A stretch of 64,000 bases of DNA from the human T2T-CHM13v2.0 reference genome, Homo sapiens. Of the stretch, positions 27,438 to 41,672 are shown piece after piece. The notes beneath the pieces were generated by a model. The model worked only from the letters and a program-made list of their open reading frames with translations, had not been told where the DNA came from and did no database searches. A program made the position numbers and the translations under genes. Each line of letters opens with the position of its first letter. Position 1 is the first letter of the stretch. Location: the NCBI RefSeq assembly GCF_009914755.1, contig NC_060937.1; one strand, written 5' to 3'.

Positions 27438-29564
27438 AATATTATGGTGTTCTTTGATTTGTGTATGTTACCACCCTTAAAAGGACAATACTATAAACAA
27501 GTTTCAAAGAAATAGATCTGCCTATGTGTCACCATAAAACAAATGATGTGGCTTCAATTCTAATGTCTGCTAGCGTGAATTTAAGTTATTTCATTATCTC
27601 ATTATTGTATTTTTTTGCTTCAATACAGATTTGGCAGGATGCATTTTTCTTCAATTTGATACAACTCTTTTTTTTTGTTTCCCATCACCGCCCTATGAAG
27701 AAATGTTCCCTGAAAGGTATAAAAATGACAGCGTTCTGTTAGTGTAACATCAAAATTGGCTTTGAAGACCCATAGATGTTAACAAGAAAAGGTTTGTTTT
27801 GGACTAAGATCTTGTTTTATAAAAATATTTCAATATTGTCCTATCTGAGTAAGTCAACATAAGCAAGAAAACAATGTGCTTTACCAAAAGAGTCTGTTGG
27901 CAAAACCAAATATTAAGTATTAATCTGATAATACTTAATACTTAATATTCTGATAAGTTATATCAGCAAGAGAACATTTTTCTTATCTTAAAAAACTAAA
28001 TATGTAAAATCTAAATGAAATGGAATCTTCTCCAGCTTAGCATGAGATGTCAGGGTTTTTACTAGATGAGTAAAAGTAACCAAGAGTCAGGACTGTGGTG
28101 ATTAGATAGGCAAAGGGGCTAAAAAAATCACATATGCAGAATAACCAAAAAGAATTTTCTGACAATGTCATTGCAAGCGAGATCAATGAAATGTGGTTCG
28201 TATGTTTGTATTACATAAACAAGACTGTACATCTTTAAGGTTGCTGAATTTCTTTCATGCATAAGAAAGAATATTACTGAACACTCTATGAGACACGTCT
28301 AATGATGCCCTCTGTGCTGTGAGATTCCGGGTCCCTAAAACTCAAGATTTCTTTGAGAGCTTGCAGAAAGATTATCTTGAGTATGTAACTTTGACTTGTG
28401 GGTTGAACAGCTAAGGAAATATCACATGATTAGAATGTCTTAGGAACAGAGAAAAGCAGGTGGATTATAAAGTGGATGTCAGGTCCTATATAAGAACCAA
28501 GAAGGTATGGTTGAGTAAGGTGTATCAGTGAAGAGATGTCAGTACAGCAGGGTAAAGAGATCTGGATAAGGAATAAGTGAGAAATAGCATCACAATGTAA
28601 GACCATAAAGGAATTGGTTGAAATCTTGGAAAATTGAAAACTCTGTAACATCAACATAAAACTTAGAGTCTACCACCCTGAGAAAAAGGATACATTTGCA
28701 AAGGAGAATATCGGGATGCACCAGGCTTTAAGAGGCTAACTTTTGGAATCTTTCAAAATCCTAACAGAAAACACTTTCAAGTTGGAGAAAGAGTATTACT
28801 TAAATATATTTCCAACAATATCACTTTACTATTTTACATTATGTGGTTGTATACACTGTCTTTAGTATGTAATAAAACATTTGGTCTCAGAATATAATTT
28901 CTTACTATGGTATTGGTGTCCTCATGCTATATTTTCCACATGCCACAGATCAAGACATGATATACTTGCAGGTGCATTGAATCTATGTAATTTTGAGAAG
29001 CCTGTTGAATTTTTTTAGTGAGTAACCTGCAAAGTCTAGAAAAGCGCCTCTCTCTTGTTAAATTGAAAAGTAGTATAATTGTAATAGTAAATGTGATTAT
29101 TAACAATATACTGTGCTTTCTCAAAAAAAGAAGTGAAGCATTGGGATGAATGAAGGAATCCCAGTTTGACTCAATATTTTATAAATCAAATCTGGGAGTT
29201 AATCAAAAGAATTATTACCATGTCTTTGAATTCCCATCTGTACCACACCACTGTCAGCATGACAAACATCATCATTAACGTTAACATCACAAGCACCACC
29301 AGGAAAATATCCCTTTGTATCACACGTTATTATTCAAATGATAGTAAAAGAATGATTTTATTTTTGGGTAAGCTGATAAAATTGCAGAGGATTGCTTAAA
29401 ACCTGCAAAACAAAAATCATCCTCCCATGAAAGATAGTTAAATATATGGATATTATAAAAACAAATGTTATTCAACAAGGTAACACCCTTTTCCTCTTTG
29501 ATTATAGTAATCGTAAGTCTAGCAATACTATTCAGTTTCCATTACAGTAACAGAATCAATGATA

Positions 29565-29703
29565 AAACGGAAGAAAAAGATGATGATGAAAAAGAAGGAG
29601 TAAGAGGAGGTGGGTAGGAAAATCAGAAAGAGGATGAGGAGAAAGAGGATGAGGAGAAAGAGGAAGAGGAGTTTGAGGAGAGGGATACAAAAAGGAAAAA
29701 AAG
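29565..29703 (+). repeat. GA-rich low-complexity tract
   Basis: Strongly purine-biased, with repeated 'gaggatgaggagaaa' units. Confidence 0.85.
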
Positions 29704-30377
29704 CTGCTAGGAGTTTTTGAGCATTTATCTCCATGCCATGAATAGTATAAGGCATTTTTGCATACATTAACCAACTAGATTCTAATAAAAACTACTATCT
29801 GGGATATACACTTTCATTCTGTACAGAAAAAGAAACAATTAACAAAATGAAGAGGCAACCCACAGAGAGAAAGAAAATATTTGCAAACCACAATGTGTGC
29901 TAAGGGGTTAATATCCAAAATGTATAAGGACTCAACACTACAGTAAGAAAATAAAGAATCCAATTAACAATGGCACAAAATATGACTAGACATTTCTCAA
30001 AAGTAAACATACTTTTTACTTTTATTGGAAATAATACTCACCAAATTAAAACCTCATATGTGTTAGAATGAATTAAAACCTCAATGAGATAAACCTCACA
30101 CCTGTTGGAATGATTATTACAAAATGATGAACTAAGTGTTGGTGACAATGTAGAAAAACAATGAGAGGGCAGACAACAGGAACCCCTGAACACTGTTGGT
30201 GGGAAGGGAAATTAGTAGAGCCATTATGGAAAATCGTTGAAGTTTCTTCAAAAATCAAAAGCAAAACTACCATATTTTCCAGCAATCCCACTCTAGGTGT
30301 TATATCTAAAGGAATTGGAATTCATATGTTGAAGGAATATCTGCACTGTCATGTTCATTGCAGTATTATTCACAGTA

Positions 30378-30515
30378 GTGTATATATATATATACACACA
30401 CAATATATTGTGTATATATATATACACAATATATTTGTGTATATATATATACACAATATATTTGTCTATATATATATATACACACAATATATTTGTCTAT
30501 ATATATATATACACA
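30378..30515. repeat. (TA)n-based minisatellite, about 26-30 bp unit, about 5 copies
   Basis: Units of 'tgt(g/c)tatatatatatacacaatatatt' repeated inside the L1MA. Confidence 0.9.
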
Positions 30516-30786
30516 ATGAAATGCTATTCAGCTTTTCAAAAAAGAATTCTGTTATTAATGACAACATGGGTGAAACTGGGGGATATTATGTTAAGTGAAA
30601 TAATGCATCACTGGAAGATAAATATTACATTATGTCACTTATATTTGAAATCTTAAAAAGCTGAACTCATAAAATGAAGTGTAGAATGATGCTGGTCAGA
30701 GTACAATGTTTCAGTTGGACAGGAAAAATAGTTTTGAGATCTATAACCCAGCTTGGTGACTGCAGTTAATAACAATCCATGCTATA

Positions 30787-31968
30787 TTGTCATGTGCTGC
30801 ATAATGACATTTCAGCCAACTGTGGACTGCATGTAGGATGGTGGTCCCTTAAGATTATAAAGGAGCTGAAAGATTCTTATTGCCTAGTGATGTGGTAACC
30901 CTCATAATGTCATGGTATAATACATTATCACGTGTTTGTGGTGATACTGTTATAAACAAGCCTGCTGAGCTGGCAGTCATATAAAAGTATAGCATGTGCA
31001 ATTATGTATGGTATATCATGCTTGATAATGATAATCAGCTATGTTTATGCACTGACTATACTATATTTTTATTATTGTTTTATAGTGTACTCCTTCTTAT
31101 TTACAAAAGAAAAGTTAACTATATTACAGCCTCAGGTAGGGACCTCAGGAGATATCCCAAAAGAAGGCATTGTTATCATAGGAGATGACAGCTCCTTGTG
31201 TGTTTTTGCCCCTGAAGACCCTCCAGAGGGACAAGGTGTGGAGGTGGAAGGCAGTGATATTGATGATCCTGACCCTGTGTAGACCTAGGATAATATGTGT
31301 ATTTGTGTCTTACTTTTTTAACAAAAAATCGTAAAAAGTAAAAGAAAATACAAATACAAGTTTTAAAAATAGAAAAAAAAAGCTTATACAATAAAGATTT
31401 AAAGAAAGAAAATATTTTATAGAACTGTACAATGTGTGTGTGTGTAAATTTTAAGCTAAAAGTTATTACAAACGAGCGAAAAAGTTTTTAAAGCAAAAAA
31501 ATTTACAATAAGCTAAGGTTAATTTATAATTGAACCAAAAAAACTATGCTATTAAGTATGTAGTTCAAGTGCACAGTGTTTTTAAAGTCTACAGTAGTGC
31601 ACAGTAATGTCCTAGGCCTTCATATTCACTTGCAACTCACTCACTGACTCAGCCAGAGCAACTTCCAGTCCTGCAAGCTCCATCCATAGTAAGTGCCTTA
31701 TACAGGTGAATCATCTTATATATTTTACACTGTATTTTTACTGTGCCGTTTCTATGTGTAGACACACAAATACTTGCCTTGTTACAATTTCCTATATTAT
31801 TCAATCCACTAACTTGCTGTACACATTCATAGCCTAGGAGCTATACCATACAGCCGAGGAATGTAGTAGGCTATACCATTATGTTTGTGTAAATAACACT
31901 CTATGATGTTCACACAATGATAAAATTTCCTAATAACCCATTTCTCAGAACTATCCTCATTATTAAGG
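30787..31968 (-). mobile_element. Tigger3b (Golem) non-autonomous Tc1/mariner DNA transposon, about 1.2 kb
   Basis: Terminus 'gtcatgtgctgcataatgacatttcagccaac...gtggtcccttaagattataa'. Other end 'ctctatgatgttcacacaatga...catttctcagaactatcctcattattaag'. TA dinucleotides near both ends. Confidence 0.9.
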
Positions 31969-33829
31969 TATACACCAAGAGAGTACATTTCAAATGTCTC
32001 ACCAAAAAAAATAAGTGAGATGATGGATATATTAATTGGTTTTACTTAATCATTTCACATCATATGCATATATAAAAATATCACATTGAACCCCATAAAT
32101 ATATACAAATATGATTTGTTAATTTAAAATAATATTAATGTTATTATCAGTTATCAGTTAAGTTTGTGAGCAGATTTAAAGATGTGCTTATTGATGTTTC
32201 TTGGGCTAATGCCTGTTATCTGATCATTGCTTTTGTTCTTGGCATCCTTACACACTATACCTGCTGAAAAATATAGACGCATCATCCTAAATTCTACACT
32301 GTTTTATTTTCCTTTTTATTATTATTTTTTTAATTTGGAGATCCAGAATTGAAACTCGTGCTTATCCTAACTCGTGTAGACTTTTTGCAAATGCACTATC
32401 ACTACCACTGTGTTGTTAAACACCCTTGCTTCCTTGCTCCAGTGTCAGAACTGTGGTTGAATTTTTGGCAAAAATTATCAGAAGCAGCCTTTAACAGTTT
32501 CTATCAACTTTTAAGTTCAGGGAGTATTTGGAGTGGTTTTGTGTGATTTTCTGGAATGGAATTTAGCCAGAAAACTATTATTTTTATAGTTATATTGAGA
32601 AATAGCTCAGAACAGCTTTAAGTACTAAAACAGAGCCAGGAAGTCATTTAATAGCACCTTCAATATCTTGATTCTCACCAACACCAAGTTGGGACTTAGG
32701 AAAAGTATGTATGAGTGAACTCTCCTGAATCACTGATCCCACTTATTGCACTAACTGATGTTCCCTTGGAGGTTTCCCATCTACTCAATTCACTCAGCCA
32801 AGTTTATGAGATGTGACAGGTTTGTAGTGCAAGGAGATGTCTGCTATTTATATAATAGCGAATAAAATTTGACTGTAAACTTAAGGAAAGTTTTGCAAAG
32901 ATACTTTCTTTTTCTCTAATTTTCTGTGCTTTATTTTATGTGATTTATACTCAACTCCACCCACCCTGACATAAAACTCACTTTCTCTATTAAAAAATAT
33001 CAAAGTGTTTGAAATAGATGTGCTTAAAAAATAAGAAATGGCTTCTTTTGTATGTGAATGGTATCACATAAGTAATTTTTACATAACCTTATATGAACCG
33101 AAAGTTAGAAACAATGTTTATAAAATTAGATGTGTTCTAACAGCTTTTTATATTTTCCCCAGTATTCTATTTATTAGAATAGTTAACTTCAGTGTGAAGA
33201 TAACTATGTATCTTATCTCCTTAGAAAACAGAGCAAAGAAGGCATTTTGATGGCAAATATCTACTTGTTAGTTTTTGTTTGTTTCTGTTTTGTTTTGTTT
33301 TTCTGTCTGAAAGCATTATTATTAGTCAACTCAAGTTTGGAAGCCATTGTTTGGAGAGTGTTGGTACCAATATTGGTGTCAGTACTTTTAATGAGCTTTT
33401 AATGAAAAATGTAATTTATCTCTATTTCATTGTTTTACCTTCATATTCACAAGATTCTAGAAAAATAAGAAAATTTCTAATTATTAAAATAATGCCCTTC
33501 CATCCCATGCCAGTCTTTAACAGTAAACAAATATTTACAGATTGGCTTTAAAAAGCCATTTTTTGTTTGATTTTTATGGCTATTAACAGGACCCCATGTG
33601 GGAGAGCCTTTTTGTGTGGCAGGTTGCAACCACAATCACTAAAAGATAATTCCAAGCCTACTTGTTTTATCCATACAGTTGGTTTAATCACAAATGGCTG
33701 GCTTAAAATTAAATGCCAGATATACTTTAAATTTCATATAAGGTATGAAATTTAAAAAACATGAAAATTTAAGGAGAGAGTGATAGCTGAGACAGCTAGG
33801 GAGTAAGGCTTTAAAACATACAGTTCTGG

Positions 33830-35040
33830 GGTGGTAGTCTTTCCCTCCGCCCTAGCACTTTGAAGATATTATTTCAATGTCTTCAGGCTTTCATTGTTTA
33901 TGATGATAAGTCACACTCATTTGAAATGTTATTATCCTGTATGAAATGCAATTTGCCTTCAGTTTTACATTGCAACTATTTGACCATATATGTAGGTTGC
34001 TTTCTTTGTGTTCATTTTGCTTAGGTTTCACTGTGTTTCTTAAATCTCTAAAATTAAATCTTTAATCAAAAGGGAAAAATTCACAGCCATTATATATTTC
34101 TTAAAATATTGTTCTTCCTGTCACATATTCCCTTTTCTTGCATTCTGCAACTCCAATTACGTGCATGTTCGAACTTAATACTGTCCCATACGTTTATGAC
34201 ACTCTAATCATTTTTCAATCTTTTCTTTCCTCTATTCTTTTATTCTGTCTGTTTTCTTCTTTTTGCTCTCTGACTCTTTTTTTCCTGTTTTACTGTTTTC
34301 TATTTTGTGTTTTAATTGCTACATTTTCCCTTGTTACACATACATGTTATATCCTTAATCATTGTTAAAAGTACTTTAAAGTCTTTATCTACTAATTTCA
34401 AAATCTGGGTCATCTCAGGATCAGTATTCATTAGTTGTCCCTTTATCAAGAATCACATTTTCCTTTCTCTTCTTATGTAGAATAATTTTGGTTTGTATCC
34501 TGGCATTATCATCTACATATTGCAGGGAAATTTTAATTGTGTTGTAGTTTATGTGCCCAAACTGCAAACTGTGTCCCTTGTTGTGGGAAACAGCTGAATT
34601 TTAAAGTTAGTTTTATAGATATAGTTGAGGATACCTGCCATCTGGGATGAATATTCATGTTTTAGAGATCAGACAGAGATTTAGAAAAGATTACGCATAG
34701 AATTTGGTGCTTCCCCTCCCTGGAAGTTTCCTTTTCAAGATTTCTCTCCACACTTTTAATGTGTAGTAAATTCCTGAAGCACATCTTCTAATTCCTCAAG
34801 TCTGTAAAATGAGAGTGTCTATTTCAGTCTTACCAGCCTGGTATGGTGTAGACTGGGGCCTGCCCTCATTCTAAAATTCATGAAAATGGGAAACTCATTC
34901 ACTGCCATTCTCTTCTTCCGAATGTTCAACCTTCCACAATCCAAGTGCTTTGGTCACTTTCTGGAGGCTTCACAAGTTTTTTATTTTTTGTATTTTGTCT
35001 AAATTTTGTAGTTTTTATTTATATGAGAGTTAATTTAAAT
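33830..35040 (-). mobile_element. Old L1M ORF1/5' region remnant
   Basis: 'gcactttgaagatattatttcaatgtcttcaggctttcattgt', 'ttcacagccattat' and 'ctccaattacgtgcatgtt'. Confidence 0.65.
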
Positions 35041-35344
35041 AAAACTATTTAATTTACTTTTGAAATGATCTTATCAAATCCCCACAGAAATCCCCACAGA
35101 ATGCCTATTGATTAAGTAAATTTAAGTTAATTAGACTTACTGTAGTAAGGAAGAATGTCACATTAATGGAATTTTAATATTGGCATGAAAGGTAGAAATC
35201 AGGAGAGAATATTTCTACAATCTTAGGACCTAGGCAGGATGACTTTAAAAGGATCTTGCAATGTGGAAAACTGGCTAGGTATATGAAGAGTTTATATGTT
35301 AGGTTTTGTCTTGGTGGTCAGAGTGAGGCAAAAATTTAAAATGA

Positions 35345-35663
<319 letters not shown>

Positions 35664-36470
35664 AAGGTGTTAGTTTTTATAAGTTTCTATTTTAATTTTT
35701 TTATAGGCTTTTCTTCCAGGAACAAATATTTCCTGAAACAAGTTGCTAAGTGATTTTTACACTGTTTTGGTATTGATTAGTTCAGAAACAGGAAAGCATC
35801 TTTGTTTCTCTTTTCAGAATTTAATATTTGATATATTGAAAAGTTTTAAGTGCAAAATTTGACATAGGATTATGGCGAAATAAAAATATAATTTTTGTTT
35901 ACTGATAGTATTTTTGACCATTAGAAGATATTTTGTATTCTCACCTAAAAGAAATATCTAAAATATGAAAATATTTTTAAAACCTTGGTGTAAACACCAA
36001 AAAAAGTAACGCTTGAAAACATTATTTTTATTATAATTTGACCAATGTATTTTACACTTTATGCTTTAAGTTTTTTAAGCCAAATTTAAAATAGAATTGA
36101 TATATGTTTATTTTAAGGTAGAAGGGAAAAGTAATCTTTTAGAACCAAAACAAAAGGTAAAATATTTTTTTGCATATAAATCTATGTATGTATTTATCTA
36201 TAAAATGCAACGATGCATTGTGTTGAATGTAGCTTTTTTAGATCTCTACTTTTCCCCAATTCCCAACTCCTTGTTTCTAGCATCTAACTAACTTCCTTAG
36301 CAGAGAAAAATGGGTAAAAATATGTGGGGTAGGAGTTTGGGTAGCAAATGGAAAAACACAAAACAAGAGGCCAACAAAAGTTTTTTCTTTACCATATTTT
36401 ACTGATGTTCAATTAGAAAACTAGCATTCACAAACAGAGCAGGTTATGTGGCTAAGATTCTCTCCAGTAG

Positions 36471-36861
<391 letters not shown>

Positions 36862-39111
36862 CAGAGTATTCTTAAAGTTATGGTGTAGTACTTTCTAATT
36901 CAAAAATGAAAAGGAAAAGTTATGCTGTTTATTATTAACCAAAAATGAAGATAAAATAGTATTCCATTGTTTCCTAAAGTTTTCCTTTTTTTGAAAAAAT
37001 AATGTTAAGTTTGGCTTAAAGAATATTGAAACCCATTGCAAAAAAATAACTAACTAAGAAAATAAAATTTTGGGTGTTTGCTAACAGCCAGAAGACTGCA
37101 ATTTGAATTATAAAGGGGGCACAAATTTTAAATAATAAAAATCCATGGACATTATATCTTATTATGACATTTCTTTTTAAAATAGGTGTCTTGGAGAAGA
37201 GTACTCAGAGGGAATAAACACCTTTCTAGAATCAAAGAAATAATTTGGGTTTAACTCAGAAGAATATAATATCGGGGTCCTGGCTCACAGGACAAAAAGT
37301 AAATAACCACTACCACACAGCAATACAAAAACTACCACCACCAACATATACATCACCATTTAGAAACCTTGGATTGAGCTAGGGGAAAATTGTGAATCAA
37401 TAGGTTATGTAATAAACAGGAAACAAAATAGCAAATCTGAATGACTCAAAGTAAAGGAAACAAATGTTTTTTTCCCATTTTATTTATGGCAATGAGAGAT
37501 AAAAATATGTATGTGAAATACGTAATTATTTGGGTCTGCTAATCTAAACACTATGATGCAGAAAGTATTTTATTTTTTATTCATCTGAATATTTTTATAG
37601 TCTCTAAAACTTCTTCTTTTCTACTCAGATCACCCTCAATTTCTTGTCATGTTTCCTGTTCTAAATTAAAATTTCCAGTTAATCCCCATTATCCTCTCTC
37701 TCTAAGCAAGCTTACAGCCAAGGCTAGTGCGATGATGTGATATTTTTGCAAATTCAACTTCATTTTTTTGGAAATATCTTGGAAAAAGGGTAGTATATTT
37801 CACAGTGCAAAATGAGCCAGTTTCTCCTGGTAATTTATATATAGTTCCGAAACTAAAGATATCAAATATGTCTTTTTTGTTTGAAAGACTAATTCAATAT
37901 CCTCATTTTTCCCTGTATTTTCATATTACTCCTAGCTTATATTCTCACAGTTAATTACAGACTGTCTAATATTTTCCCTACTTGTTCAAACTATGTAAAT
38001 GTCCACCCTCCAACTAGTGTGAATCTTTGAAGCACAGACTGTAGAATCCTTTAGAATTACTGAGGTCACTGCCGGGAACTACATTGAAGTGTAAGTTTTT
38101 CTATCCTTTTTTAAACTGAGAACTACATATTCTTTGTATACATTATTTAGAACATATACATAGTTACCTAGTTGGATATTAATAACTTGAACCCTTAAAT
38201 ATTTTCACAATTATTATATCTTATTTCACAAATAAGATATAATGTCTTAAGTTCACCCATGAAAAATGTATTGATTCACTATGTATTGATTCACTATGTA
38301 CACTATCGATTCACTATGTGTTGAGTTGTTTAATGGCATTGATAAAAACAACCAGTATTTTTCTCATCTAAAGTTTAATTACACATATTGTTACTTTGAG
38401 GAAATTTAAGACATTTATAGCTTTCATTTACTTCTTCTCTTATACCCTCAACCTCACTAAACGCCTTCATTACTTTAAGCAGGAAAACAATGTATTGCTT
38501 TGGTGTTATGATACTATGTGTAAATCATTCCAACTTGCATTCTCCCTCTTGCCTTTTACTTTGTACATTACAGTGAAGGTGCCAAGGCGTATTTCCATTA
38601 CAAGAGAAAGATTTTAGCCTAAACCGTATTCCCAGCTCTGTGTAACATACCAGATTCCTTCACTAGTAAAGTTATACTGTTGAATTAAACTATCATTAAA
38701 GCCCTACCTAATCTAAGTTTTCAATTTTTTCTCAAGATATTTTCTTAATACATGCTCTTTAATAAGCTTTTGTTGTTTGAAATGTTGTTATCCAAAACAA
38801 GGCTATCTTTAAATTACACATTATGCTTCAAATCTGTGTCCCACATCAGGAGAAGCAAGATTCAGAAAACAGTACCATTAAAGCAATATTTCCATGAGAA
38901 CATTTATCACCCTTCCTCTCTGATCAATAATCATTCCAAATTATATCCTAGTGCCTTGCTTTTTTTATGCCTCTCACATTCTCATTGTCTCAATATTTTT
39001 GGACTTATTTCATTTGCTGTCACCTGCAATATAATTAAATTTGCCTAGATCAAAATACATCTTGCTCCATCTGGATGTATCCTTCTACTATCAGTACCAC
39101 CATTTTACTCA

Positions 39112-39792
39112 TAGAGAAATAAAATTAAAAAAAAAATCTCATGCCAACAGAGAAAATCCTACACAAAAGTTGAATAGAAATAAAATAGTTTTATGTTGAG
39201 TAAACATTAAATTAGAATGTGATAACAATCTAGTATGAGATTTCAAAATAAAAAAAAATCATATTTTTATATAGCCAGGTAGATACAACCTATTATATGC
39301 ATGTTCTGAAGATAAACAAAAACTAGTCCTCAAGTAAGAAGATGATGATGCCATTTGTCACATACAGTTAATCATAGATTCACATGGTATTTAGGGTGGC
39401 CATCTGTGTTAATTGACTTTATGTGAAGAAAAAACAAACTTTTTATTTTTTATATTTATGAGGTGGCTTTGCAACTTAGAGAGATGCACCCATGAGGTTA
39501 AGCTCCTGCCTTTTGATGGAAACTGAGAGATAGGGGAGCTGTCTTTCTTGATGATTAATTTCAAAGAGATAGTTTCAATGTCCTTAGGGAAGATGTTTTG
39601 GGGGCTTAATTCTGGCAAGAAGCATAATGGCCTTTTAAAAAATTCACACATATTTCAAGAAGACAGAGACACATCTTACAATGATAAGTTTTCTAAGGCA
39701 AATGCTCTAAGAAAAGGAAGGGAGAAGTCTTTTCAATTATTTTCCATAGGAGTAATTCAACCTCTTATTTTTATTTGTACTTGTCTTTTACC
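39112..39792 (-). mobile_element. ERV1 solo LTR, MER67-like
   Basis: 'agggtggccatctgtgttaattg', 'ggaaactgagagataggg' and the end 'cctcttatttttatttgtacttgtctttta' resemble antisense MER67. Confidence 0.62.
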
Positions 39793-39793
39793 A

Positions 39794-39934
39794 TGTTAGA
39801 GTTCTCCAGTAAAACAAAACCATTCATTAGGTTCTGTTTCTTGTTTTCCCAAAAATCAGAAACCTTATATAAGTAGTGTGTGTATATGTAGTGTGTGTGT
39901 ATGTGTGTATATATATATATAATGTAATGTGTAT

Positions 39935-39991
<57 letters not shown>

Positions 39992-40487
39992 ATGAGGAAT
40001 TGGCTCACAGAATAATGTAGGCTGAAAATCACAAGATCTGTATTCAAAAGACCCAGAGGAGATGCTGGTGTCTTCAGTTGAGTCTGAAATCCTTGGAACC
40101 AGGAACATACTGTGGCTTTAGTTCCAGAAAAAGTCTGTTTAGCCAAGGGTGTAAGTTCCAGTCTGAAAGCCAGCAAGTTCTAGACCCAAGAAGAGCTTGT
40201 GTTTCTACTTGAGTCCAAAGGCAAGAAAAGATAAATGTTCCACTTCAAAGCAGTCAGGCAGGAAGAGTTTTCTCCTACTAGAGGGAGAGTCAATCTTTTT
40301 TTTTTTTTCCTCAAGCTTTAAACTGATTGGAAGATGGCTCCCCAGAATCTGAAAAGGCAATCTGCTTTACTAGGTTTACCAATTTAAAGGTTAATCTCAT
40401 AAAAAAAACACCTTTACAGACACACCCAGAATAATGTTGATCAAATATATCGGTCAGTCAAGTTGACACATAAAATTAACCATCACA
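39794..40487 (-). mobile_element. MLT2B-type ERVL solo LTR containing a (TG)n(TA)n microsatellite (~39876-39989)
   Basis: 'gttctccag', 'gaggaattggctcacag', 'cagacacacccagaataatgtt' and the terminus 'agtcaagttgacacataaaattaaccatcaca'. Confidence 0.9.
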
Positions 40488-40849
40488 AGTATCAAGTCAA
40501 GTACCAAATAACTTTTTTCTAATAACTTAAGAAAAGATCCTCAGGGATTCTAGTTTTCTTATTAGTGTGGCGTGTTAGGTATCATTTGAAAAGAGTGAGT
40601 AATATCTGGAATAACCACTGCAAGAAGCACAATACTCAACACTAGTAATGTCCTACTGATACCCAAATAAACATTTTCGCTTAGTACATCAATTAAAATT
40701 AACCTTTTTCCCCCAATCTCACACTCCTAATTTTTACCAGGCAAATTATAAGATTCTACTACTTATTTTCCTATACAATTCAAACTACATCATTTTGACT
40801 TAGCTCTTGATATGGTTTTACCCTCTGTTGCTTTATATCTTGTCAATCA

Positions 40850-41370
40850 CATTTTCAAGCTTCCCTGTGAACAACTAAAGGAATGTTTTATTGGTAAATC
40901 AGGAAGTAAAAATTTTAATTTCATCCTGACTTTGTTGACATTTTTTTTCCTGATTTCATCCCATATTCTCTGCTTCAGTTAACCTGCTGTACCTTTTATT
41001 GTCCACATAATGTGCACTTTTCCTGTCTCTTCTATTTTTCTTAAGCCATTACCACAATAGGACATGCTCTGACCTCTCTAAGTTTCCTTTAGGTCTTACT
41101 TATTCTTTAATGGTTATCCTTACAACTGTAATCTCCTTAAATCTTAAAATGATCTGTCACCTGGAAGTGTATTTTTAATCTTATGAACATAATAAATACT
41201 TCTTTTGTAGTACTTATATTTCACTGTATCATACTTGTATTCACACTTTCTTTCTCCAAAATACTGTACATTCATAGACAGCAAACTATTATTTTCTGTT
41301 CCTTACAGTCTCTAGCAGTGTACTTTAACTTATGTGTAAAATAAATCAATTGATATATTGATTGCTACAT
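40850..41370 (+). mobile_element. L2 3' remnant
   Basis: L2-like 3' end 'ttccttacagtctctagcagtgtac...aaataaatcaattgatatattgattg'. Confidence 0.5.
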
Positions 41371-41629
41371 ATAGAATACTTTAATATAACTTCTTTCTAG
41401 CCTTGTAAAAGCTGTGTATGCAGGAATTTCTCAGAGAAAATTTACACAATGAAGAAAAATAATTTGTTGTAGTTAAGTTCAGAGACAGTAACTTCAACTT
41501 AGGCCTTTAAAAAAGTAATTATAGAGGAAAAAATGAGTACAAGTTTTACTATCTTTACTAAATTTAAGTGTTTAAAAACAAGTGAATTTTGTTAATATGT
41601 AAAAATTCATTTTTGATAGTAAAATCTCA

Positions 41630-41632
<3 letters not shown>

Positions 41633-41670
<38 letters not shown>
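41633..41670. repeat. (TG)19 microsatellite
   Basis: Uninterrupted TG run. Confidence 0.98.

Positions 41671-41672
<2 letters not shown>

Larger units (their letters stand above)
29826..32135 (+). mobile_element. L1MA 3' portion, split by Tigger3b
   Basis: 'aaatgaagaggcaacccacag' and 'ccagcaatcccactctagg'. Resumes after 31970 with 'agagagtacatttcaaatgtctcacc...accccataaatatatacaa'. Confidence 0.88.

Noticed and set aside
27165-27515. 116-aa ORF
   Set aside because: It lies mostly within an LTR remnant and has no recognisable domain.
29528-29774. Hydrophobic, transmembrane-looking ORFs
   Set aside because: They are an artefact of the antisense GA-rich low-complexity tract.
30161-30656. 145-aa and 101-aa ORFs with YI repeats
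   Set aside because: They come from L1 3' sequence plus the TA minisatellite.
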